This document shows, one piece after another, positions 1-8,059 of a DNA stretch of 40,607 nt. Positions within the stretch are counted from its first letter, which is position 1. Each line of letters starts with the position of its first letter. Location: NCBI GenBank assembly GCA_028817665.1, contig JAPPPF010000221.1, positions 1 through 40,607 of the forward strand, written 5' to 3'. The translations under genes were made by a program, and so were the position numbers. Source of the DNA: Magnetovibrio sp. Its GTDB lineage: Bacteria; Pseudomonadota; Alphaproteobacteria; Rhodospirillales; Casp-alpha2. Below the pieces are notes generated by a model that saw only the letters and a list, made by a program, of their open reading frames with translations, had not been told where the DNA came from and searched no databases.

Positions 1-1364
1 TCCTGAACCGGGTGATCGCCAAGGCCTGGCAGGGCTCGGCCCCGGCGCAGATGAACGTGCCGCGCGACATGTGGACTCAGGTGATCGACATCGAGCTGCC
101 GCAGATCATCAACATCAAGCACCCGCGTGGTGACCTGGACACCATCAAGGAAGCCGCGAAGCTGCTGTCGGAAGCCAAGTTCCCGGTCATCGTCAACGGC
201 GTCGGCACGATTCTGGCCGGCGGCGTCGATGCCTCGCGTCAGTTGGCCGAACGCCTCGACGCGCCGGTCTGCTGCAACTACCAGCACAACGACGCCTTCC
301 CGGGTTCGCACCCGCTGTCCGCCGGCCCGCTCGGTTACAATGGCTCCAAGGCCGCCATGGAACTGTGCAACAAGGCCGACGTGGTGTTGGCGCTGGGCAA
401 CCGGCTCAACCCCTACTCGTCCATGCCCGGCTACCAGTACGACTACTGGCCCAAGGACGCGAAGATCATCCAGGTCGACATCAACTCGCACCGCCTGGGC
501 CTGGTGAAGCCGATCACCGTCGGCATCCACGGCGACGCCAAGCTGGTCGCCGAACAGCTCCTCGAGCATCTCTCCGACACGGCCGGCGATGAAGGCCGTC
601 AGGAGCGCAAGGACCTGATCTCCACGACCAAGTCGAAGTGGCAGCAGGAACTGACCTCCATGGACCACGAGCTCGACGACGACGGCATCACCTGGAACCA
701 GCGGGCCCGCGACCGCCAGCCGGACCACATGGCCCCGCGTCAGGCCTGGAAGGCGATCATGGCGGCGATGCCGAAGAACGCCATCGTCTCCACCGACATC
801 GGCAACGCCTGCGCCATCGGCAACGCCTACCCGACCTTCGAGGAGCCGCGCACCTACCTGGCGCCCGGTATGTTCGGCCCCTGCGGCTACAGCCTGCCGG
901 CGATCCTCGGCGCCAAGATCGGCCGTCCGGACCTGCCCTGCGTCGGTTTCGCCGGCGACGGTGCCTTCGGCATCTCCATGAACGAGTTGACGGCCTGCGG
1001 CCGCAACGACTGGAAGGCGATCACCATGGTCGTGTTCCGGAACTACCAGTGGGGTGCGGAGAAGCGCAACACGACGCTCTGGTTCGAGGACAACTTCGTC
1101 GGTACCGAGCTCAACGTCGGCGTCGACTACGCGAAGGTCGCCGAGGGATGCGGACTGAAGGGCATCCAGGTGCGGACGCCGGACGAGCTCACCGCGGCCC
1201 TCGAGACGGCCATCAAGGAGCAGATGGACGACAACGTCACCACCCTGATCGAGGTCGTCCTCAATCAGGAACTGGGTGAGCCGTTCCGCCGCGACGCCAT
1301 GAAGCCGCCCGTCGAGGTGGCCGGCATCGACATCAACGATATGCGCCCGCAGAACCCGGCGTAA
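1..1364 (+). CDS. xsc: sulfoacetaldehyde acetyltransferase (ThDP-dependent), 5-prime truncated by the window edge (frame begins at nt 3; about 453 C-terminal codons present)
   Basis: ORF is open to the window edge. PRDMWTQVIDIELP, LSEAKFPVIVNG, DAPVCCNYQHNDAFPGSHPLSAGPLGYNGSKAAMEL and the ThDP motif GDGAFGISMNE match my memory of Xsc rather than acetolactate synthase. A short-type pta follows, as in known xsc-pta clusters. Confidence 0.85.
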   Translation, partial: LNRVIAKAWQGSAPAQMNVPRDMWTQVIDIELPQIINIKHPRGDLDTIKEAAKLLSEAKFPVIVNGVGTILAGGVDASRQLAERLDAPVCCNYQHNDAFPGSHPLSAGPLGYNGSKAAMELCNKADVVLALGNRLNPYSSMPGYQYDYWPKDAKIIQVDINSHRLGLVKPITVGIHGDAKLVAEQLLEHLSDTAGDEGRQERKDLISTTKSKWQQELTSMDHELDDDGITWNQRARDRQPDHMAPRQAWKAIMAAMPKNAIVSTDIGNACAIGNAYPTFEEPRTYLAPGMFGPCGYSLPAILGAKIGRPDLPCVGFAGDGAFGISMNELTACGRNDWKAITMVVFRNYQWGAEKRNTTLWFEDNFVGTELNVGVDYAKVAEGCGLKGIQVRTPDELTAALETAIKEQMDDNVTTLIEVVLNQELGEPFRRDAMKPPVEVAGIDINDMRPQNPA

Positions 1365-1399
1365 GCCCGCGCATATCCGATGTAACTGACGTGGATTGA

Positions 1400-1434
1400 G
1401 GGTCGGGCGGCCAATCGGCTTCCCGGCCCTTTTT
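1400..1434 (+). terminator. candidate intrinsic terminator/attenuator between xsc and pta
   Basis: GGGTCGGG (1400-1407) pairs with CCCGGCCC (1422-1429), 8 bp with one G-T wobble and a 14-nt loop, then TTTTT (1430-1434). It lies 36 nt after the xsc stop. Confidence 0.4.
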
Positions 1435-1496
1435 CCAACCACCGAGAATGCTCCGCCGCCGCCCGCCGGCGCCGGACCGCCCGAGAGGACAGACCC

Positions 1497-2423
1497 ATGC
1501 TCAGCACCCAGCCCTTCGAGGTTCCGCCGTATCTCCTGGAACGCGGCAAGAAGAACCCGCCGGTCCGCATGGCCGTCGCCGGGGCCGACCACGCGGTCGC
1601 CCTGGAAAGCACGCGCCAGGCCACCGAAGCCGGATTGATCGAGCCGGTCCTGGTCGGCGGCGCCGACGCCATCCGCGCCGCCGCCGAGGAAATCGGTTGG
1701 GACATCTCGGGCGTCCGCGTCGTCGACGCCGCCGGCGAGGAACAGGCCCCGGCCGCGGCGGTCAAGCTGGCCCACGACGGCGAGGTGACCGCCCTGATGA
1801 AGGGCCAAGTCCATACCGACATGCTGATGAAGGCAGTGATCAACAAGGAAACGGGCCTGCGCGTCGGCCGCCGGCTGTCGCACGTCTTCCACATGACCGT
1901 CCCCGGCGACGACCGGGTCCTGATGATCACCGACGGCGCCGTCAACGTGGCGCCGGACGAGGAAACCCTGATGCACATCGTCCGCAACGCCGTCGACCTG
2001 GCGCACGCGCTCGGCAATCCGGAGCCCAAGGTGGCGATGCTGTCGGGCACCGAATCGGTGATCGCCTCGATGCCGTCGAGCGGCGTCGCCGCCCAGGTCG
2101 TCGCCCGGGCCAAGGCCGGCGAGGTCACCGGCGCCCACGTCGAGGGCCCCTTCGCCTTCGACAACGCGATCTCGCCGGACGCCGCCAAGCTCAAGGGCAT
2201 CGACAACCCCGTCGCCGGCGCCGCCGACATCCTTGTGATGCCCAACATCGAGACTGGCAACGCCCTGTTCAAGATGATGGTCTACTTCATGAGCGGCCTC
2301 GCCGCCGGCATCGTGCTCGGCGCCAAGGTGCCGATCGTGCTGACGTCGCGCGCCGACCCGCCGGAAGCGCGCTTCGCGGCCACCGCCATCGCCGCCATCG
2401 TCGCCGCCGAGGCCGCCGGCTGA
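1497..2423 (+). CDS. pta: phosphate acetyltransferase, short (about 308 aa) phosphate acetyl/butyryl transferase type
   Basis: 308-aa ORF with ALMKGQVHTD, ITDGAVNVAP, GPFAFDNAIS and NIETGNALFK signatures. Positioned directly after xsc. Confidence 0.85.
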   Translation: MLSTQPFEVPPYLLERGKKNPPVRMAVAGADHAVALESTRQATEAGLIEPVLVGGADAIRAAAEEIGWDISGVRVVDAAGEEQAPAAAVKLAHDGEVTALMKGQVHTDMLMKAVINKETGLRVGRRLSHVFHMTVPGDDRVLMITDGAVNVAPDEETLMHIVRNAVDLAHALGNPEPKVAMLSGTESVIASMPSSGVAAQVVARAKAGEVTGAHVEGPFAFDNAISPDAAKLKGIDNPVAGAADILVMPNIETGNALFKMMVYFMSGLAAGIVLGAKVPIVLTSRADPPEARFAATAIAAIVAAEAAG

Positions 2424-3781
2424 CGCACCCAGGCCGCGCCAATCCCCCGTAAGACCAGCCGCCGGGCGTCGTGAACCAATCCCGCGCGCCCGTTGCCGGT
2501 CGGCGGCGACGACATCAGCGGCGCGCTGTCGACGACGCCGCCCGGATGCAGGGCCGGGAACCGGCTTTGCGCCCAGCGCAGCGTCTGCACCGCCGGGCTG
2601 TTGAGCAGCAGCTTGGCCAGCCGGTAGGTCGTTTCGAAGGTGATGAACGTCTTCTTGATCGGGCCGATGGCGCGTTGCACGAGCAGCTGCAGCCGCCACG
2701 CCGCGGTCGGGTCGAAATCCGCCTTTTCCGGAAACACGAACAGGCCGACTTCCTTGAAGTAGGGCGCGCCGTCGGCCAAGACCTCGCCCAGACGCTTGTG
2801 GTCGCGGTCCCGGAACCGGTAGCTGGTCTCGCCCTGGATGATCTGGATGCGCTCGAACAGGCCGCCGCGGACGTAGCCCGACCCCTTGAACGAGTAGCGG
2901 CCGTTGGCGAAGATCGCGACGGCGCTTTGGCCCGGCTTAAGCCGGTCCGCCAAAAGCTTGTACTCGGCCTTGCCGAGTACGCTCTCGCCGATCGCCGGCA
3001 CGTTGACCGGCGCCATGTAGAGATCGATGAACGGCGCGTTGGCCGCGCCTTCCTCTGGCCGGGCGATGGCCTCGGCGTTGCCGGCCTTCTCGAAGGCGGC
3101 GTTAATCTCGCCTATGGTCAACCGGCGTTTCTTGACCGCGCCTTCGGCGAGCAGGGTCTCCCAATCCATGACCGCGGTCCGCGCGAGATCGATGGTCCGC
3201 GTTTCCCGGGACCCCACGGGCCGGTCCGGCTTCAGGCCACCCAGCCCGAGGTGCCGGGCCACCTTGACCGCGGCGCGGAAGATGCTGTCCTCGATCACCA
3301 GGACGGTGACGGTGGCGCCGCTGATCATGTCGACGCTGCGCGCGTCGTCCTTTCGGTTGGCGATGTCCCCGACCTTGAGGCCGATGTAGCGGCTCATGAA
3401 TTCGAGGATCCGGCGTTCCGGAATGCCGATCAGGACGATCGGTTCGGAGTGCTTGACCAGTTTCAGCCCGGCGATCGCGCCGTCGCCGTCAAGGGCGACC
3501 AGGACATGGATCGGCTTGCCGGAATACCCGGTGGCGTCGTTGAGGTCGGTGTTCAGGAAGATCTGGCCGACCCGGCGCTCGCCGGCGAACACCCCGGCCA
3601 CCGGCAAATCGCCCTCGACCGGCCCGTAGCGGTCGGCGCCCGCGATCATTTCGCCGGCCGGAACCTTCGCCAGGAACCTCTCCAGGCCGGCCGCCGCCTG
3701 CGCCCCGGCGATCCAGAGGAAGACCGATACCACGGCAGCCAACGTGGACCAGATGGACCGCTTTATCTTCAGCATCGGCAT
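2282..3781 (-). CDS. NosR/NirI-family N-terminal periplasmic FMN-binding domain protein, apparently truncated (no TM/ferredoxin half)
   Basis: Start MPMLKIKRSIWSTLAAVVSVFLWIAG (signal anchor), then GYSGKPIHVLVALDGDGAIAGLKLVKHSEPI and DMISGATVTVLVI (FMN-binding type). Family-like sequence stops near nt 2600. The last ~106 codons are low-complexity and run 142 nt into the 3-prime end of pta. Confidence 0.55.
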   Translation of the reverse strand: MPMLKIKRSIWSTLAAVVSVFLWIAGAQAAAGLERFLAKVPAGEMIAGADRYGPVEGDLPVAGVFAGERRVGQIFLNTDLNDATGYSGKPIHVLVALDGDGAIAGLKLVKHSEPIVLIGIPERRILEFMSRYIGLKVGDIANRKDDARSVDMISGATVTVLVIEDSIFRAAVKVARHLGLGGLKPDRPVGSRETRTIDLARTAVMDWETLLAEGAVKKRRLTIGEINAAFEKAGNAEAIARPEEGAANAPFIDLYMAPVNVPAIGESVLGKAEYKLLADRLKPGQSAVAIFANGRYSFKGSGYVRGGLFERIQIIQGETSYRFRDRDHKRLGEVLADGAPYFKEVGLFVFPEKADFDPTAAWRLQLLVQRAIGPIKKTFITFETTYRLAKLLLNSPAVQTLRWAQSRFPALHPGGVVDSAPLMSSPPTGNGRAGLVHDARRLVLRGIGAAWVRQPAASAATMAAMAVAAKRASGGSARDVSTIGTLAPSTMPAARPLMK

Positions 3782-3970
3782 AGTGATGAAAACCTGTGTC
3801 CGTTGGCGATCAGGATGCAGGCGCAGGCCCGGTTCCATCGCGAACGGCGGCATCTTATCGGCATCGGCCGGCGCCAAACTTGACCTCGGTTAGCTGTCGG
3901 CGGCGCGTCGTGCCGACTGGGCGTGATTGATTGATTTTTTAAGTCGGACGCCTGGAGAAGTGGTGCCCGT

Positions 3971-4939
3971 TCAGCCGTGCACAATCATCCGTTCGGCGGC
4001 GAACGGCGCCATCGCCCGGACCGGCCCCTCGATCAGTTCCCGCGTCACGGCGCGGGCCTCGGCGGCGGCCCGCGCCGACATGGCGCCGCCGCGGCGCGCC
4101 GTCATGTGCAGGGTGCGCGACGGGTGGCCGCTGTAGATCGGCGCGACGGCGATGTTGCGGACCAGGTCGCGTCCGTGCACGAGGCACAGCGGCGTCGTCA
4201 CCGCCCACCCCAATCCGGCGGCGACCATCGGCAGCACCGCGTCGGTGCCGTCGAATTCCAGCGACCGCGGCGCCTCGGCGCCGCGTTCCTTCAGGATGTT
4301 CTCGACCTGGACGCCGATGTGCGAGCGGATCGAGTAGCGCACCAGGGGCAATGTGCGGGCCAGGTCGGCGAGCCGGGGCTCGGGGGTCCGCGCCGCCACC
4401 CCGGCGGGCAGCGCGATGACGAAGGGTTCGGTGACGATGGGGTCGCGGCGTGCGCCGCGCGGCGCGCGCGATTCCGACGCGATCATCAGGTCGAGCCGGT
4501 TTTCCGACAGATCGGCCATCAGGTTGGGGGTGATACCCGACCACACGGTGATCCGCTCGGCGTGGCGCCGGAGCCGCCGGATCAGCGCCGGCCCGGCGGT
4601 GGCGGCGAAGGAATCGACCAGTCCGATGCGCAGCGACGGCGTCTCCTCGGCGGCGGCGGCGCGCACCCCCTCGGCCAGCCGCTCGCCGAGGCTCAGGTAT
4701 TCGCCGCTGCCGTCGGCAAGCGCCTCGCCGGCGGCGGTCAACGCCAACGGCCGGTTCGCGCGGTCGAACAGCGCCGTGCCCAGCTCGTTCTCCAGCCGCG
4801 CGATGGACTGCGACACGGCGGACTGGGTCAATCCCAGCCGCCGGGCAGCGCGGGTCATCGAGCCGGTCTCCGCGACGGCCAGGAAATGGTTCAACGCGGT
4901 GGGATCGACGACGGGAAACAGGGCCTTGCTGGGTTCCAT
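3971..4939 (-). CDS. LysR-family transcriptional regulator
   Basis: N-terminal wHTH LNHFLAVAETGSMTRAARRLGLTQSAVSQSIARLENELG, about 320 aa, divergent from the next gene. Confidence 0.9.
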   Translation of the reverse strand: MEPSKALFPVVDPTALNHFLAVAETGSMTRAARRLGLTQSAVSQSIARLENELGTALFDRANRPLALTAAGEALADGSGEYLSLGERLAEGVRAAAAEETPSLRIGLVDSFAATAGPALIRRLRRHAERITVWSGITPNLMADLSENRLDLMIASESRAPRGARRDPIVTEPFVIALPAGVAARTPEPRLADLARTLPLVRYSIRSHIGVQVENILKERGAEAPRSLEFDGTDAVLPMVAAGLGWAVTTPLCLVHGRDLVRNIAVAPIYSGHPSRTLHMTARRGGAMSARAAAEARAVTRELIEGPVRAMAPFAAERMIVHG

Positions 4940-5000
4940 AATTAATAATCAATAATAATGATCATAATTAATTTTTCTTATTTTATGATTTGCCTGGCGA
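4938..5000. promoter_or_regulatory. AT-rich divergent control region (LysR gene / prpD-like gene) with repeated dyads
   Basis: Nearly pure A+T stretch in a GC-rich context. ATAATTAAT occurs twice (4938-4946 and 4964-4972, 26 bp apart), each containing the palindrome ATTAAT. The perfect palindrome ATGATCAT lies at 4958-4965. Confidence 0.45.
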
Positions 5001-5039
5001 GTCCGTCAATAATCACGCCGTCAACTGGAGGCGGCGTCC

Positions 5040-6404
5040 GTGTCCGAACAACTTGCCTGCCAAACCTTGGGCCGCTGGGTCGCCGGGTTCAACCTCGACG
5101 ACGCGCCGGCCACCGTGCAAGACCTGGCCAACGCGTGCTGGGTCGATGTCGTCGGCTGCATGCTCGGCGGCGCCGCGGCGGCGCCGGTGCAGCCGGTGCA
5201 GGCGCTGGCCCGTTCGCAACACGGCGACGGCCCCTGCCGGATCGCCGGCACCGACATCACCACGACCGCGACGGGCGCCGCCCTGGCCAACGGCACCGCC
5301 GCCCATGCCCTCGACTTCGACGACACCAGCTACGCCGGCGTCGCGCATGGCTCGGCCACCGTGGCGGCGGCCGTGCTCGCCATGGCCGAACACGCCGGCA
5401 CGGACGGCGCGACCGCGTTCACCGCCTTCATCGCCGGCCTGGAGGCCGAATACGCCTATGGCAAGGCGGCGTCCAACTCGATCTTCATGGACGGCTGGTG
5501 GGCGACGGCGATCTTCGGCGGTCTCGGCGCCGCGGCCGGTGCCGCCCGGGTGCTCGGCCTCGACGCCGACGCCACCGCCCGCGCCATGGCCCACGCCCTC
5601 TGCCGTGCCGGCGGCCTCCGCGCGGCGCTTGGCACCGACGCCAAGTTCATCGGCAACGGCCAGACCGCCAGCCTCGGCGTCACCTCGGCCCTGCTCGCCG
5701 AGGCCGGCGCGACGGCGCCCCTGGACGCGCTCGAGGGCGTCAACGGCATGGCCCAGCTGATCAAGCGCGGACCGCTCGCCCTCAAGCACCTCGACGACCT
5801 CGGGCGGGTGTTCTCGATCCAGGATCCGGGCGTCTTCCTCAAGCCCTATCCCTGCTGCTCGGCCGCGCACGCCGCCGCCGAGGCCACCGCCGAGCTGATG
5901 GCCGAGAACGAACTCGACGCCGACGACGTCGCGGCCGTCGACATCGACGTGCCGAAGATCGTCGACGACAGCCTCGTCTACGCCGACCCCCGGCGGGTGC
6001 CGGAGGGTCAGTTCAGCCTGCCCTTCATCCTCGCCTGCGTCCTCGTCGACGGCGACTTCGGGGTCGAGCACCTGGGCCAGCGGGCGCTCGACGATCGGCG
6101 CTTCCGCGCCGTCATGCCGCGGGTCCGCATGCACCTGGACGACGCGCTCACCGAACGGGCGGAATCCGGCGCGGCCGGCCCCGAATGCGCCCGCGTCCGG
6201 TTGACCCACCGCGACGGCCGGACCCTCGAGCGCTTCAACTCCGTCGCCGCCGGCGCGCCTGAGAAACCCATGACGGCGGACGCCGTCGACGCCAAGTTCA
6301 TGCGTCTGGCGACCCACGGCGGCCACGGCATCCGCGCCGCCGAGTGGCTGGGCCGGCAGCGTGCGCTTCCCTCGATCCCCGATATCCGGAGCCTTTGGAT
6401 ATGA
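5040..6404 (+). CDS. MmgE/PrpD-family protein (2-methylcitrate dehydratase-like fold; function not assignable)
   Basis: 454-aa ORF with a GTG start 8 nt after GGAGG. ANGTAAHALDFDDT and KPYPCCSAAHAA are typical of the family. Confidence 0.85.
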   Translation: MSEQLACQTLGRWVAGFNLDDAPATVQDLANACWVDVVGCMLGGAAAAPVQPVQALARSQHGDGPCRIAGTDITTTATGAALANGTAAHALDFDDTSYAGVAHGSATVAAAVLAMAEHAGTDGATAFTAFIAGLEAEYAYGKAASNSIFMDGWWATAIFGGLGAAAGAARVLGLDADATARAMAHALCRAGGLRAALGTDAKFIGNGQTASLGVTSALLAEAGATAPLDALEGVNGMAQLIKRGPLALKHLDDLGRVFSIQDPGVFLKPYPCCSAAHAAAEATAELMAENELDADDVAAVDIDVPKIVDDSLVYADPRRVPEGQFSLPFILACVLVDGDFGVEHLGQRALDDRRFRAVMPRVRMHLDDALTERAESGAAGPECARVRLTHRDGRTLERFNSVAAGAPEKPMTADAVDAKFMRLATHGGHGIRAAEWLGRQRALPSIPDIRSLWI

Positions 6405-6511
6405 CTCCCATCGAACTCACGGCCGCGGGCCGCGTCGAACGCGATTCCATCGGTGGGTGGGCCCTGGCCGAGTCGACTCGCGACAAGACCGCGTCGTAGA
6501 TTGGCACCGTC

Positions 6512-7768
6512 ATGACCAAGTATTCCATCTTCTCGCTGGCCCGCAACGCCCTCACCGAGCACAGGAACTGGACCGAGGCCTGGCGCAGCCCGGACCCGAA
6601 GCCGGCCTACGACGTCATCATCATCGGCGCCGGCGGCCACGGCCTCGGCACCGCCTATTACCTGGCCAGGAACCACGGCATCACCAACGTCGCGGTGCTC
6701 GAGAAGGGCTACCTCGGCGGCGGCAACACCGGACGCAACACCACCATCGTCCGCGCCAACTACCTGCTGGAGGGCAACGAGCACTTCTACGAGCACTCGC
6801 TGAAGCTCTGGGAGGGCATGAGCCAGGACCTCAACTTCAACGTCATGTTCTCGCAGCGCGGCGTCATCAACCTGGCCCATTCGGACCCCCAGGTCGACGC
6901 CTTCCAGCGGCGCGGCAACGCGATGATCCTGAACGGCTCCGACGCGGTATTCCTGAACCGCGCCGAGGTCCAGGCCCGCGCCCCGCTGCTCGACTGCTCC
7001 GACGGCGCGCGCTACCCGATCAAGGGCGGGCTTCTGCAGCCGCGCGCCGGCACCGCGCGCCACGACGCCGTCGCCTGGGGTTACGCCAGGGCCGCCGACG
7101 CCGCTGGCGTCGACATCATCCAGAACTGCGAGGTCACCGGCATCGACATCGAGGGCGGCCGGGTTACCAGCGTGCAGACCACGCGCGGCGCCATCAAGGC
7201 CGGCAAGGTCGGCACCGCCGTCGCCGGGCACACGGGCCACGTCGCCGCCATGGCCGGGCTCAGGCTGCCGATCGAGAGCCATGTCCTGCAGGCGATGGTC
7301 TCCGAACCGGTGAAGCCGTGCCTCGACACGGTGATCACCTCGGGCGCCGTGCACTGCTACATCTCGCAGTCCGACAAGGGCGAGCTGGTCATGGGCGGCG
7401 ATCTCGACTTCTACAATTCCTACGCCCAGCGCGGCAACTTCCCGAGCATCGAAGACGTCGTCGCCTCGGTGATCAGCATGTTCCCGGCCTTCGGGCGGCT
7501 GCGCCTGATGCGCACCTGGGGCGGCGTCATGGACATGTCCATGGACGGCAGCCCGATCATCTCGAAGACCCCCATCGACGGCTTCTACGTCAACGGCGGC
7601 TGGTGTTACGGCGGCTTCAAGGCGACGCCGGGCTCGGCCTGGGTCTACGCCCACACCATCGCCGAGGACCGCCCGCATGCCTTGAACGAATGCTTCCACC
7701 TGAGCCGGTTCGCGCGCGGCTACACCATCGACGAGCACGGTTCCGGCCCGACGCCGGGCGCGCACTAG
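6512..7768 (+). CDS. soxB: heterotetrameric sarcosine oxidase-type beta subunit
   Basis: N-terminus YSIFSLARNALTEHRNWTEAWRSPDPKPAYDVIIIGAGGHGLGTAYYLA with GNTGRNTTIVRANY. 418 aa, followed by delta, alpha and gamma genes. Confidence 0.88.
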   Translation: MTKYSIFSLARNALTEHRNWTEAWRSPDPKPAYDVIIIGAGGHGLGTAYYLARNHGITNVAVLEKGYLGGGNTGRNTTIVRANYLLEGNEHFYEHSLKLWEGMSQDLNFNVMFSQRGVINLAHSDPQVDAFQRRGNAMILNGSDAVFLNRAEVQARAPLLDCSDGARYPIKGGLLQPRAGTARHDAVAWGYARAADAAGVDIIQNCEVTGIDIEGGRVTSVQTTRGAIKAGKVGTAVAGHTGHVAAMAGLRLPIESHVLQAMVSEPVKPCLDTVITSGAVHCYISQSDKGELVMGGDLDFYNSYAQRGNFPSIEDVVASVISMFPAFGRLRLMRTWGGVMDMSMDGSPIISKTPIDGFYVNGGWCYGGFKATPGSAWVYAHTIAEDRPHALNECFHLSRFARGYTIDEHGSGPTPGAH

Positions 7769-7780
7769 GGGGAGGCCGGC

Positions 7781-8059
7781 ATGCTCGAGATCAAATGCCC
7801 CTGGTGCGGCGCGCGGACCCAAACGGAATTCACCTACGCCGGCGACGCCACCCTCGACCGCCCCGACGCCGAGACCGGCTCCGAAGAGGATTGGTACGAA
7901 TATGTTTATCTCCGCGACAACCCGCGGGGCGCCCACGACGAGTTGTGGCAGCATTCGGCCGGCTGCCGGCGCTACGTGAAGGTCCGGCGCGACGTCACCA
8001 CGCACGAAATCATCGCCACCGGCGCGCCCGGCGCCAAGCTGGACGGAGGCGGGTCGTGA
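7781..8059 (+). CDS. soxD: sarcosine oxidase-type delta subunit
   Basis: 92 aa, MLEIKCPWCGARTQTEFTYAGDA..RP, Cys-containing zinc-ribbon-like small subunit between beta and alpha. Confidence 0.85.
   Translation: MLEIKCPWCGARTQTEFTYAGDATLDRPDAETGSEEDWYEYVYLRDNPRGAHDELWQHSAGCRRYVKVRRDVTTHEIIATGAPGAKLDGGGS

Noticed and set aside
3925-3940. (GATT)x3 followed by a T run; possible microsatellite or terminator
   Set aside because: There are only three units. The flanking CCGACT/AGTCGG arms give a 6-bp stem with a 23-nt loop, too weak to call a terminator or repeat feature.
6008-8005. 665-aa minus-strand ORF, plus the 4958-6262 and 5013-6326 ORFs
   Set aside because: They overlap the prpD-like and soxB/soxD genes in alternative or antisense frames. 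They show Arg/Gly/Pro-rich low complexity and no motifs.
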